Source: an uncultured Fibrobacterota bacterium (GTDB lineage Bacteria > Fibrobacterota > Chitinivibrionia > Chitinivibrionales > FEN-1185). Taken from it: 64,000 bases of DNA. Shown one piece after another: positions 9,800-19,416 of the stretch. Each line of letters starts with the position of its first letter. The first letter of the stretch is position 1. The DNA is taken from contig CAVWBU010000026.1 in assembly GCA_963753345.1 (NCBI GenBank), forward strand, positions 96,001-160,000, given 5' to 3'. Made by a program: the position numbers and the translations under genes. The notes beneath the pieces were generated by a model. The model did not search any database, was not told the origin of the DNA, and saw only the letters and a program-made list of their open reading frames with translations.

Positions 9800-10204
9800 T
9801 TATTCCGGCATCAACATGGTTACATTGAGATGCACAAAGAAAGAATCTGCAATAGTATTATCATAATTTGAATAATTCATTTTGATTTCCGTATTTCCAG
9901 CACTTACCAACCAAAGGAATATATTATCTGTTCCACCACTTCCTGGCGTAACCGGCTGATTCTCCTGGTAATTTCTCTTGATTTCTTTTACCATTGATGT
10001 GTCTATCTTTACAATTTGCCAAGAATAACCTGTAGTTTGATTACTCGATAATGAAATAACAAGCGTATCAAATGTATTCAAATTTATAGTTGAATTATCC
10101 GATTCTGCTCCAATTCGAACGGATTTATAAAAACTAACATTGTTGTTGCAACAAATAAGCATAGAAATTGTTATAAGAAACATGAAGACACATTTAGCTT
10201 GCAT
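9800..10204 (-). CDS. Chagasin/I42-family cysteine protease inhibitor-like lipoprotein
   Basis: SNQTTGYSW and PGSGG motifs (NPTTGY-like). Signal peptide ending in Cys. AGGAGG RBS. AT-rich. Confidence 0.7.
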   Translation of the reverse strand: MQAKCVFMFLITISMLICCNNNVSFYKSVRIGAESDNSTINLNTFDTLVISLSSNQTTGYSWQIVKIDTSMVKEIKRNYQENQPVTPGSGGTDNIFLWLVSAGNTEIKMNYSNYDNTIADSFFVHLNVTMLMPE

Positions 10205-10388
10205 GATTTGTCCTCCTTTTTCGCGCACTAACGTGAACAAGGTCAAGGCAAAATAGTAGCCCTCCCGTACACCTCGCTCCCGCTTCCGCCTGATGCCGGC
10301 CGGGCAATTTTAAGTTCCGTAAAGTAAAGCATTGACGATTGGGCGGTTGTGCCGTTCGCACCGTCCCGGCTAGAATCATCAATCACCC

Positions 10389-10859
10389 TCACATGCATCC
10401 GGCCTTTTCGTACTCGCTCACAATCGTGTAGCCCGAGGCGGCGCTGCGCTTGGCCAAAGCGCGCCTGTCAAGCGCCACCACGAGGTACTTGGTGTTTGCG
10501 TATTCGCAGGTGTACTTTGGATATTGGGTAACCGTGATGCCGGTGATTATTGCGGAGTCGTAGTCGGGGTGGGAAATTCTTGCCTGGTATATTGCCGGGC
10601 CGCCGGAAAAGCCGTAGGTGGAATCTGCGTCCAGCCAGAATGGATAGGGCTGAGCGCAGGTGTCGCAGGCGACAAGGGTGTCCCCCTTGTTATCCGTGAC
10701 TTTTATCGTTGCATGGACTATTGCCTGACCGCTTGATGCGTCCTGCAATCTGATTTTGAGCGCGGCGGACGTACATTCGGGGCAGATATAGCCTTTGGGC
10801 AAGAGGTCGCAGCCAAAGAGCATAAACAACATTAAGGGAAACAGCGAAATGATCTTCAT
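10389..10859 (-). CDS. Hypothetical Cys-rich lipoprotein with carboxypeptidase-regulatory-like beta-sandwich
   Basis: Lipobox LFGC and a DASSGQAIVHATI motif. Last gene of the ECF-caspase run. Confidence 0.65.
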   Translation of the reverse strand: MKIISLFPLMLFMLFGCDLLPKGYICPECTSAALKIRLQDASSGQAIVHATIKVTDNKGDTLVACDTCAQPYPFWLDADSTYGFSGGPAIYQARISHPDYDSAIITGITVTQYPKYTCEYANTKYLVVALDRRALAKRSAASGYTIVSEYEKAGCM

Positions 10860-10892
10860 GGGGCGCCTCCCTGGAAATATTGCTTTCCGGCA

Positions 10893-11636
10893 TCACTCTT
10901 TGAACTGCTTCAGACAATAAGATTCCCGCAGCTTCCCGCTCGAATAGTTGAGGTAGCCCACGCACCCAATGGCGGGATTGTAGTAGTAATAGCTCTCGTA
11001 GTTTGCTCCTGTCTCTTTGTAAAGGTAGCACTCCACAAAGCTGCCCGCGGTCATGGTCTGCGGGTCGGCGACAAAGAAGGCCGCGTGCGTGGACAGGATT
11101 TCCATGGTAACGGCAAACACCGGGTCGCCCGCGCTGTCCGGGTTGAACTGCCACGTTCTGCCGCTGTCGGCCGGGTAGGCGAGCCAGAGTTTTTCGGACG
11201 AAAACAGGTGCGGTTCGTTGTCGCGGTACCATCCGACCACGTATAATCCACGCTTGTCAAGCGAATAGTTCCCCCGGTGCGCCACGAGCGCGCCGCTGTC
11301 GCGGTTGTCCCATTCGTACTTGTAAACGTATGCCGCGAAGGTGTCGCCATAATTCTGCCAGGTGAGGGTCACCAGCTGCGTATCGTCGACCAGCCCGTAG
11401 CCGCTGGGAAGCGCAAGCGCCAGTTCGATTCTGCTTGGAGTAATCTTGTTGCCCAGCGAGTCGTATGCCGTCAATGAATACGTCCACGAGTTTCCGATTG
11501 CAAGCGGCAGGATGCTCGGCGTCGCGGGGAACGGAGGGTTCTGGGGCGTCCCGCTGGAGGTCGGGGCACGCAGGGCCGTGCAGCCCGCCAGAACCAGCAG
11601 GCTCGCCAGCAGAACAGTTACGCAAAGGGACCGCAT
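10893..11636 (-). CDS. Hypothetical lipoprotein
   Basis: MRSLCVTVLLASLLVLAGC lipobox, PLAIGNSWTY motif and AGSFVEC...YYNPAIG. Starts 2 nt after the caspase stop. Confidence 0.75.
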   Translation of the reverse strand: MRSLCVTVLLASLLVLAGCTALRAPTSSGTPQNPPFPATPSILPLAIGNSWTYSLTAYDSLGNKITPSRIELALALPSGYGLVDDTQLVTLTWQNYGDTFAAYVYKYEWDNRDSGALVAHRGNYSLDKRGLYVVGWYRDNEPHLFSSEKLWLAYPADSGRTWQFNPDSAGDPVFAVTMEILSTHAAFFVADPQTMTAGSFVECYLYKETGANYESYYYYNPAIGCVGYLNYSSGKLRESYCLKQFKE

Positions 11637-11638
11637 CG

Positions 11639-13405
11639 CTAGTCCTCCTGCCGGGTAAACGACAGATGAAAATTGACAAATACGCTTCCGTCGAATCCGC
11701 CGAAGCTGCACGAAAGGGGCGGCGCCGCCGGCGTTGCCGGCAGGGGCAGCGATCCGGAATAGCCGTTGTCGAACTGGACGGGACGGTACTGCCAGCGATA
11801 CCGTATTTTTGCCCCGATGTCAAGGAACCTGAATACCGGCCAGGTGTAGCCGAGCGCCGCGTAGGGGACCGCCGCCGTCGCGGAGCGGGTCTCGGCGCCC
11901 GAGGTTTCCGCGTTGTACAGTGAATCGTAGAACACCGATGAAACATTGAGCTCCGGTTCGTATACGGCGACGCCGATGTGGACGGATGAGTTTCTCATGA
12001 ACCTGTTCTGAAACCGGTAGCCTGCTCCCAGGTCGATGATCTTCACGGTGAGCGTCTGTTGCACATGCAACCTGCAGCCGTAGGTTGCATTGTCCGGCTG
12101 GTTGAACCGTGTGCCGTCGTAATCGGCGGCGGAGGCCTGCGTGAATCCGCCGAACCCGAGGTGCGCTTCAAACCGCTGCCGCACGATCACCTCGCCCGAG
12201 ATTAGAGGCATCGCCTGGTACTTTTTGTACGAAAAGGTCGGGCTCATGGAATACGCGGTGAATCCCGCGAACCGCTGGGACAAACCGGAAGACAGGCCCG
12301 AAAGATCGTACACGCCCCATCCGCCCGAAATGCTTATGCCGGCCTGCGCGCTCCGCGCGCCGCGGCGGGGCTGTTCTCCCTTGGCAATCGACGGCGAAGA
12401 CTTGACGGCGTGAAAATCGTTCCGGTGCAGGGTGACCACGGATTTTTCCGCAACCGTGGCCTGGGCCTGAAAGCGCAGGCCGCCCTGCGCGCTGATCACA
12501 TTGTACGTTCCCTGTCCGAGCGCTATCATGACCGCGGCGGAGGGCTTTTTTGTCAAGTCGGCGACCACCGCGCCCTTGTCGCTGAGAATGGTGATGTCCC
12601 CCTCGACGTCGCCCGCAAGCATGATGCCCCGGGTGCGGATATTGAGGTCCGCGAGCACGATGTCGCCCTCGCCCTGGATGCGGAACTGGTACGAGGGATG
12701 CTGGACGCCGCCCGCGCTTCCCGCCGTGCTCGAAATGGTGCGGTTGTACGCGTACTGGTACGCTTCGCTCAGGGTGATGCGGCCGTCGCCGGCCATGTCG
12801 GCGCTGCCGCGCAGCGCGTTAACAAAGTGGAACGTGAACACCGAATTGCCCAAAAGGTCCGATTCCTGCGCGTTTTCGTTGATGGAGCTCGAGCACAAGA
12901 TCACCTGGCCCTTGGTCTTGCCGTCGTCGCGGAACAAAAAAGGCTCGTCGAGCGTGCCGCCTTTGATGCGCGTGAAGCTGCCGCTCTGGCACGCGTCAAA
13001 CACCCCGATGCGGACGTCCGCGGGAAACGACGTGAGCATTTCCTTAAGCTTTGCAAGCGGGAAATCGCCGGCGCCCATCTTGAGCGATGACGCGTCGGCA
13101 TGGCCCGAGTAATAGAACAGGAACAGGTTGTTCCCCGACCCCGAAAGGCCGCCCCCCAGATCGGCCAGGGCCTTTTCCAGGTCGGCAGGCGACTGGTCGT
13201 ACAGCACCGCAACGTGCTGCGGCGAAAAGCCGCAGAAATCGGTGAGGATGTTCTGCAGGGCGCTGCAGTCGTTCCGGACATATTTGAGCGCGGCGTATGA
13301 GGGACCCGCAGCAGTACTGTTGCCTACGAGCAGGGCGTACCGCTCCGCGACCACGCCGTGAACCGCGGCCAGAAGAACAAGGAGTATAAGCAGCCGTTTC
13401 GGCAT
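11639..13405 (-). CDS. Exported caspase-family (peptidase C14) protein with C-terminal beta-barrel-like domain
   Basis: Signal peptide, RYALLVGN, catalytic YSGHA and DACQSG, E...SVFT, GSAD..DGRITLSEAY. C-terminus has amphipathic beta strands. Confidence 0.85.
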   Translation of the reverse strand: MPKRLLILLVLLAAVHGVVAERYALLVGNSTAAGPSYAALKYVRNDCSALQNILTDFCGFSPQHVAVLYDQSPADLEKALADLGGGLSGSGNNLFLFYYSGHADASSLKMGAGDFPLAKLKEMLTSFPADVRIGVFDACQSGSFTRIKGGTLDEPFLFRDDGKTKGQVILCSSSINENAQESDLLGNSVFTFHFVNALRGSADMAGDGRITLSEAYQYAYNRTISSTAGSAGGVQHPSYQFRIQGEGDIVLADLNIRTRGIMLAGDVEGDITILSDKGAVVADLTKKPSAAVMIALGQGTYNVISAQGGLRFQAQATVAEKSVVTLHRNDFHAVKSSPSIAKGEQPRRGARSAQAGISISGGWGVYDLSGLSSGLSQRFAGFTAYSMSPTFSYKKYQAMPLISGEVIVRQRFEAHLGFGGFTQASAADYDGTRFNQPDNATYGCRLHVQQTLTVKIIDLGAGYRFQNRFMRNSSVHIGVAVYEPELNVSSVFYDSLYNAETSGAETRSATAAVPYAALGYTWPVFRFLDIGAKIRYRWQYRPVQFDNGYSGSLPLPATPAAPPLSCSFGGFDGSVFVNFHLSFTRQED

Positions 13406-14157
13406 CAGGGGGTTCCTTGCTTTATGGTAAGCAGGTGCGGCACAGTCACGAATCCGCCCCCGAGGCGCAGCGTGTCGGGCAGGCTGCTCTTGTCAAGGGA
13501 CGAGCCGATGCGCCGCCGCACGTCGGAAAGCGAAAACCGCCGGTCCGAGAACACGCCCGCGAACAGCTCGGGCCCGGTGTAGTTGTCAAGCGCGATTGAA
13601 TTCGGAAGCGGGATGTCGCGGCCCTTGTCCAGTACCATTGAGGAATCGCCGGACGGCGGGAAATAGGTGGTGACGCCGCCGGCAGTGTCGATGCCCACGA
13701 GCGCGAAATGGTTGTCCGCGCCGCAGGAATAGACAAACTGGATCTTCTCTCCGGTAAAGTATTCCCGTCCGGCGCGTTTTTCGATGTCGCCGTGCCGGTC
13801 TTTGACAAGAATCGTGAGTGAGGTGTCGCCCTTGATGCGGGTCCCGGGTTCCTCCCTTGTGGCCAGGTAGAGAGAGCCCGCGCCCACGAGCAGGACGAGC
13901 GACGCAGCGAGCGCGCACACGGAACGTCGTTGGAAAAACAGGATGCGCTGCGCCGGTTTCCGGTCGTGCAGGGACGCGGCTGCTTCGAACGGGTGCGTGG
14001 CGAGAAAAGCCGCCTTTTCCGCTTCGATCGAGGCAAGATACGACCGGCACTTCCCGCATGACCCGATATGGCGCGTGATCGCCCTTTTCTTTGCGTCGCC
14101 TGTGTCCCCCGTGAAATACGAGAGAAGGTCTATTTTGTTAAACTGATGCTTTTCCAT
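13405..14157 (-). CDS. Membrane anti-sigma factor with ZAS motif and DUF4384-like extracytoplasmic domain
   Basis: HIGSCGKC (HxxxCxxC), one TM helix, then GEKIQFVY...LPNSIALDNYTGPE. Coupled to the ECF sigma and the caspase. Confidence 0.75.
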   Translation of the reverse strand: MEKHQFNKIDLLSYFTGDTGDAKKRAITRHIGSCGKCRSYLASIEAEKAAFLATHPFEAAASLHDRKPAQRILFFQRRSVCALAASLVLLVGAGSLYLATREEPGTRIKGDTSLTILVKDRHGDIEKRAGREYFTGEKIQFVYSCGADNHFALVGIDTAGGVTTYFPPSGDSSMVLDKGRDIPLPNSIALDNYTGPELFAGVFSDRRFSLSDVRRRIGSSLDKSSLPDTLRLGGGFVTVPHLLTIKQGTP

Positions 14158-14158
14158 G

Positions 14159-14656
14159 CTAAATGCCAAGCCTCTTTTTGACGGCCGGGAGGCCGTCCCT
14201 GAATCTCTTGAGGTTTCTGCGGATGGTCGCGGGCGACTGACCCGTTATCTTCCGGATCTCCTCCTGGCCGAATTCCTCGACATACGTGTAGTACACCGCA
14301 TCTCTCACCCTCTCGTTCTGGTCCGCGAAAATCAGCCGGATCAGGTCCTTTTCGTCAAGCCGTTTGCCCTCGTCAAGCCGCGCCGCCGTCTCGTCCGGAT
14401 CGATCCCGTCTGCAAACTTCCTGCTGTCCCTGAGCAAGTTGAAACAGTGCCGTTTCGCGGCGATAAAAATCCACGGGACGGTCCGTTCCTTGTTGCGGAT
14501 GGAGCCGTAGCACTCCAGCAGTTTCAGAAACACGGCCTGCAGGGCGTCCTTGGCGTCGTCATCGGAGCCCAGGATGCGACGGCAGGTGCGATAGATCAGA
14601 AACCCGTATTTTTCGTACAATTCCTTTGCCGCAACCGGGCCTTGGTCCAGAGCCAT
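14159..14656 (-). CDS. ECF-type RNA polymerase sigma factor
   Basis: LYEKYG..IYRTCRRILG..DAKDALQAVFLKL...WIF (region 2) and QEEIRKITGQSPATIRRNL (region 4). Confidence 0.88.
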   Translation of the reverse strand: MALDQGPVAAKELYEKYGFLIYRTCRRILGSDDDAKDALQAVFLKLLECYGSIRNKERTVPWIFIAAKRHCFNLLRDSRKFADGIDPDETAARLDEGKRLDEKDLIRLIFADQNERVRDAVYYTYVEEFGQEEIRKITGQSPATIRRNLKRFRDGLPAVKKRLGI

Positions 14657-14789
14657 ACGTTTACGCCATCCACGTTGATAAGACACGCCAGGAAGGATCA
14701 ATCGCTCACGCGATGTGCCGACAGAACCGGCACCAACAAAACGGGCGGGTGAATACCCGCCCGTGCAACAGACGACTGCAAGGGGAGTG

Positions 14790-15671
14790 TTACTTCTTTT
14801 TGAAGCTTCCCTTGAGAAAATCAAACGTGATGTACCTGTCTTTTTTGCCGCTTGTTATCGTCGAATCGTACGGGTGCTTCTCGGTTTTCACCCATTCCTT
14901 CTTCTTCCCGCTTTCCTTGAGGTTCATGTAGATCTGCTTGTCGCATTTTTCCCGCTTTACAAATATCAAAATGGTGTCGCCCACAAGGTCGTAGGTTCCC
15001 CACGACTCGAATTTCCAGTCTTCCTTGAGGCTCGGGTTGGTAAGGCCGGTCCGCTCCTCGACAATGTTCACCTTGCCATCCGTGCCGAAGGAAAAAGACT
15101 TCTTCTCCACCGCATTGGCGCCGTCCTGTTTGATGGCCTGCGACCCCGACCACGTTCCGACAAGCTTGGGGCGCAGTTCCTTGGCGAGCTGATTGCTCTT
15201 TTCGAGGCTCATGAAAATGGTGTCGGCCTCCATGGCCTTGGCCTTTGCCTCGGGCCACTTGTTCATCTTGATAAATGAGTCAACCACGGAAAGCAGGCTG
15301 TCGGCTTCCCTGAGGATCGTGCCGGAGAAATTGAGCTTTTTGTCCCCCAGGGACTTCCGCAGCGACTCCACGGCCGGTTTGACCTGCGCGGTCGTGGCAC
15401 CGTAGCCCGCTTCGGCCTTGGCGAGGATGGCCATGGCCGAGTCGTAACTTGCTTTTGCGCCGATGCCGTTGCCGAGTTTTTTATCAGTGCGGGCCTGGAC
15501 AACAAGCACCTGCGCCTCGGAGAGAAGCGAGTCCGGGACCCCGCCCTGACGCAGCGTTTCCATGCGCTGTTCGGCGTCTTTCAGTTTCTTCTCGCTCACG
15601 CAGCCGGCGACCATGAACAGCGCGACGCCGCCGACCAGTGCAACAGAAAGGGTCTTGCCCAAGATTTTCAT
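14790..15671 (-). CDS. Hypothetical Lys-rich lipoprotein (helical N-domain, lipocalin-like LVGTW C-domain)
   Basis: Lipobox VAGC, GGAGG RBS and host-like codon usage. Confidence 0.7.
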   Translation of the reverse strand: MKILGKTLSVALVGGVALFMVAGCVSEKKLKDAEQRMETLRQGGVPDSLLSEAQVLVVQARTDKKLGNGIGAKASYDSAMAILAKAEAGYGATTAQVKPAVESLRKSLGDKKLNFSGTILREADSLLSVVDSFIKMNKWPEAKAKAMEADTIFMSLEKSNQLAKELRPKLVGTWSGSQAIKQDGANAVEKKSFSFGTDGKVNIVEERTGLTNPSLKEDWKFESWGTYDLVGDTILIFVKREKCDKQIYMNLKESGKKKEWVKTEKHPYDSTITSGKKDRYITFDFLKGSFKKK

Positions 15672-15719
15672 ACGGAGCCCTCCGGTAAAGGTTTTTCCTT
15701 TGTGATGCATACCATAGGT

Positions 15720-15749
15720 AAACTAATGCTCTTCTTGCGGGGATGTCAA
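15720..15749 (-). promoter_or_regulatory. Putative sigma70-type promoter
   Basis: TTGACA-N18-TAGTTT on the minus strand, about 50 nt upstream of ATG 15671. Confidence 0.45.
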
Positions 15750-16016
15750 GGGAATAGAAGCGGGGGGTGATTGGAGGAGTTATATTTCGACCAACGAATG
15801 CGCTTGAGCGGGCCTTGCGGCATGGAACCGAGGACAATGCGCCTGGAAGAGGACGGACAGATTTCGCCGGTTACCGGCGCGCACTGCTCGGTTTTCACCC
15901 AGAAAACACTTTGTTCACAAACACATTGAAAAATGGAAATTTCCATATATATTATCCTTATATACGCCGCGTGTATCAGCCAAAAGGCTTAGGCGTGTCG
16001 CCGAAATGGGGGATTT

Positions 16017-17231
16017 ATGCATAAATTGTTGCTGATTCTCATTGCTTCGATGGCGGTGTCATCTCAGGCTGCGAATCCGTACTTTATAAGTGATAGCGGT
16101 ATTTGTGCTGGAGCGTTGACCGCTAAGACATACAATGAGAAGATATCTCTTAGATATGACACTGTTTCAAGAGAAAGCACAATGGTGTGCAGTAATGTTT
16201 GCAAATGGCAGTATGTTTATAAAATAGATTCAATCTACAGTATATCTTACTTGACCGAGTACACCGCAGTTGAAAAAGTGTACTTTTCATTCTTTGACTC
16301 ACTCAACAGAGAATTCAAATTTACCATAAATGTTCCGCAAGCTACGGTTGATAGTATCTGGGGTGATACAATGTCCCTGCCCGGCTACAACAAGGTATTG
16401 TATGCGAAGATAGATGTTCCATCCGGCAACGCTGACGGGTTGTACGTAAGTTCTTATACTTTAATCGGGACCTTGAAGCAGAATTCGAATGTCAGCTTTT
16501 CTGCTGAAATCAGACCATGGACGTCAAATTGCGATTGTCCTCAACCTTGTGGTTGCAGAGATAGTACTTTGCCTCCGCAAGGCGAATGGCACTGGCTTTA
16601 CACTACCTGGACCGAAATTCAAAGTGGCGGCCATTCTTACTCCTCTGGATATTTAGATCCATCTTCTGTCGGACATAATTATTACTATGTGCTTAAAAAA
16701 GATTCGGTATATGGTTATCAGGATGCCGTTGAGCAGTTTGCTGACACTATCGGCAATGTGAACTTGTGCTACGAGTCTTTTTCTACACCCCACGCATTCT
16801 GTTCTTCGGATACAAGTGCGAAAGGCGGTTATTACTATTCTTTCATTGGTGATAAAATATTGTGCTTAGAGTATTCGGTCTGCGGCCAAGAATGCATGAG
16901 CATGACTAACTACGCATCTTATTTTCTGGCCAATAGTGCTTCTGTCGATCCCAAGGATACGCCACTGCCCAGTATGTTTAGCAAGTTTAGTGTCAAACAG
17001 TTGTCGAACAGGAATGTCCAGGTGGTATTAAACCTTTCAAAAGCTTCGGTTGTAAGCCTGATGCTATATTCCGTCTCCGGAAAACTCGTTTCAAATCTCT
17101 TCAAGCAACATCAATCGTCAGGGAACTATACGTATGTTCTCAAAATGCCGGTACTGCATGCAGGTTGCTACTTGCTTGTCCTGAAGAAGGGCGATCAAGT
17201 TGAAAGTGCTAAATTCAATTATATTCGCTAA
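16017..17231 (+). CDS. Secreted Cys-rich protein with C-terminal secretion-tail-like domain
   Basis: Signal peptide. C-terminus LYSVSGKLV...HAGCYLLVL resembles a T9SS CTD. AT-rich. Confidence 0.7.
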   Translation: MHKLLLILIASMAVSSQAANPYFISDSGICAGALTAKTYNEKISLRYDTVSRESTMVCSNVCKWQYVYKIDSIYSISYLTEYTAVEKVYFSFFDSLNREFKFTINVPQATVDSIWGDTMSLPGYNKVLYAKIDVPSGNADGLYVSSYTLIGTLKQNSNVSFSAEIRPWTSNCDCPQPCGCRDSTLPPQGEWHWLYTTWTEIQSGGHSYSSGYLDPSSVGHNYYYVLKKDSVYGYQDAVEQFADTIGNVNLCYESFSTPHAFCSSDTSAKGGYYYSFIGDKILCLEYSVCGQECMSMTNYASYFLANSASVDPKDTPLPSMFSKFSVKQLSNRNVQVVLNLSKASVVSLMLYSVSGKLVSNLFKQHQSSGNYTYVLKMPVLHAGCYLLVLKKGDQVESAKFNYIR

Positions 17232-17282
17232 AACCCGAATTTGGAATTCTTACCTTTGGACAAGGACTTGTAAATACCTCTC

Positions 17283-18182
17283 ATGTCAATACCACACAAG
17301 TCTCTCGAATGTGACCAAACATTCACGTCCAGAATCGTTTTCATATTCACCTGCGTAAGCCTTTTATTGCTTTTTTCAACTTGCTCCCCCAAAATTCCGC
17401 CCTATCCCTATCATCTTGTCAACCATTCCTGGGTATACTGCATAAAGCAGCACAACGATTCCCTCTATTTCTCCACCTCGGAGGAAGGCATTTTCCGTTT
17501 TCACCCTGACAATCCAAACGCAATCACCAGGGTGGGCAGATGCAGGACCTTGCCGTTCCGCTCAATCGTCTTCCCGCCCGACGGCAGGCTCCTCGCGTCG
17601 TCGTATTACAGCGGCGTGTTTGCGGCGGGCAGGGACACGCTGTTTCCCGTAAAGAACGCTTCGTACCCGGCTTGGTCCATGAAGCTTGACAAACGCGGCG
17701 CATTCTGGCTCGCCGGGACGCGCGGCGTGATGCGGCAGGCGGGCGACACCGTCGTCATGTTCAAGGACGTGACCGACGCGCACGACGTGGCGTTGTTCGG
17801 CAACGCGGTGGCGGTGGCGCACCGGCGCGGCATCACGCTGTACGACAGGGAAAGCGGCGCGCTTTCGGCGGAGTACTGCAAGGGGACGATATGCTGGACG
17901 CTTGCGGTGTTCGATTCGGTGCTGGTGGCCGGAGGGAGCAATGTCTGCGCCGTCATCGGCGCGGGCAAATGCCGCCTCATCCGCGTGCCGCCGCAGGGCA
18001 ACATGCCCTGGTCAATCGAGAAGGATTCCCTGGGCGCGATCTTCATGGGCACGCAGAAGGGGCTCTTTCGCGCGGGGCCGAACGACAGCGTGGCGCGCTG
18101 CGTGGGCCTGGAAGGCAGGTGCGTCAAGTCGGTGCTGTTCGACAGGGCGGGAAGGTTGTGGGTAGGAACGTTTTATCGTTGA
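17283..18182 (+). CDS. Beta-propeller (two-component regulator propeller-like) protein
   Basis: Repeated D..G..W.GT motifs (DKRGAFWLAG, DSLGAIFMGT, DRAGRLWVGT). Hydrophobic N-terminus. Confidence 0.65.
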   Translation: MSIPHKSLECDQTFTSRIVFIFTCVSLLLLFSTCSPKIPPYPYHLVNHSWVYCIKQHNDSLYFSTSEEGIFRFHPDNPNAITRVGRCRTLPFRSIVFPPDGRLLASSYYSGVFAAGRDTLFPVKNASYPAWSMKLDKRGAFWLAGTRGVMRQAGDTVVMFKDVTDAHDVALFGNAVAVAHRRGITLYDRESGALSAEYCKGTICWTLAVFDSVLVAGGSNVCAVIGAGKCRLIRVPPQGNMPWSIEKDSLGAIFMGTQKGLFRAGPNDSVARCVGLEGRCVKSVLFDRAGRLWVGTFYR

Positions 18183-18709
18183 CGGGCGCGACGGCCGCGA
18201 AACGACCGGTACCGCGAAAGCGCGGCGCGCGTCGACAAGAAACCGACGGCCGCCAGGTCGATAGCGCCGGGCTTCACAACCCGGATACCGGCGATTTCGT
18301 CGTTTGACGCAGCGGCAGAGAAGTCGGGCGTGGTGCAGGTGAAGACCGTGTCGGTGGTGAAGTAGGTGACGCCCCGATAGCGGTAGGTGTTCGGAAACGA
18401 GCCGAAATAGGCGATGTCTGCTATGTCAAGATTGATCTCTTCCTTCACCTCGCGCGCGAGCGCGTCTTCGAGCGATTCCCCGTAATTGCAGAACCCGCCG
18501 GGAAGATCGAGCATCCCCTTCTTGGGCGCGTTCTTTCGCACGGTGAGCACGATGCCCTTGTTCACGGCGATAATGGCCGCCGTGCACGACGCGCAGTTGT
18601 GGAAATACACGTACCCGCAGCGTGCGCACCGCATGGCGTTTTCATCAAACGCCTCAACGGATTGTTTCCCGCAGCGCGGGCAATAGGAAAAGCCGGTATG
18701 GGAAAGCAT
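18173..18709 (-). CDS. NUDIX hydrolase with N-terminal zinc ribbon
   Basis: YCPRCG...CARCG and Nudix box GGFCNYGESLEDALAREVKEE. Confidence 0.88.
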   Translation of the reverse strand: MLSHTGFSYCPRCGKQSVEAFDENAMRCARCGYVYFHNCASCTAAIIAVNKGIVLTVRKNAPKKGMLDLPGGFCNYGESLEDALAREVKEEINLDIADIAYFGSFPNTYRYRGVTYFTTDTVFTCTTPDFSAAASNDEIAGIRVVKPGAIDLAAVGFLSTRAALSRYRSFRGRRARQR

Positions 18710-18716
18710 GGAGGGA

Positions 18717-19313
18717 CTACCTGAGCGGGATGCGGGCGCCACGGGTGTCGAAGAACTCCGTCATCCTGCCCGATGGGTTGCTTTTTGTAAAGACGATCCC
18801 GTTTTTCGAAAGGTTGCGCGTCACAAGGGAGGAGGCGCAGACCTGGGGTCGGCTGCCCGGTAAAGGCGATGCCACGCCTGATCCCGCGATCATGGAATAT
18901 GCGGGCAGATCAGAAAGCGGCCTGAGATTTGAACTCGGTTGGGTGGGGCCGGTCCATCCGCCGAACCCGTTGACAAGCGAGTACACGACAGGATACCCGA
19001 GGCTGTCGAGAAACGAAGCGGCGGCCGGGCTTCTGTGGCCGCTGGCGCAATACAGCACCACCGCAGCCGTCTTCGGCAGGAGTGCATACTGGGCGCGCAG
19101 CACGCCGCTGTTCCAGGGCATGTTGTAGGGCCGGCATGCCGCGGTCCCGATAACGGCGGCCAGTTCCGATGTTTCTCGTACGTCAACAAGGATGAAGCTG
19201 CGGGGAGGTCCGCCGGCGATCCATGCGGCAAGCGTGTCCGCATTGAGGGAATCCACGGATGCGCTTGACGAGACGCACAGACCGGCGACAAACAGAAATA
19301 AGAGCCGATGCAT
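18717..19313 (-). CDS. Exported rhodanese-like domain protein
   Basis: Signal peptide, LVDVRE, YCASGHRS and GGW-like GFGGW. Confidence 0.8.
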   Translation of the reverse strand: MHRLLFLFVAGLCVSSSASVDSLNADTLAAWIAGGPPRSFILVDVRETSELAAVIGTAACRPYNMPWNSGVLRAQYALLPKTAAVVLYCASGHRSPAAASFLDSLGYPVVYSLVNGFGGWTGPTQPSSNLRPLSDLPAYSMIAGSGVASPLPGSRPQVCASSLVTRNLSKNGIVFTKSNPSGRMTEFFDTRGARIPLR

Positions 19314-19416
19314 GTTTGTCTCCCGGTATTCGCACAGGGACGGTTTCCTGCGGGTTCCGTCACATAATATATTTGGATGTGCCAAAATACATCAGAGCCC
19401 CCGGAGCAGATAAAGA

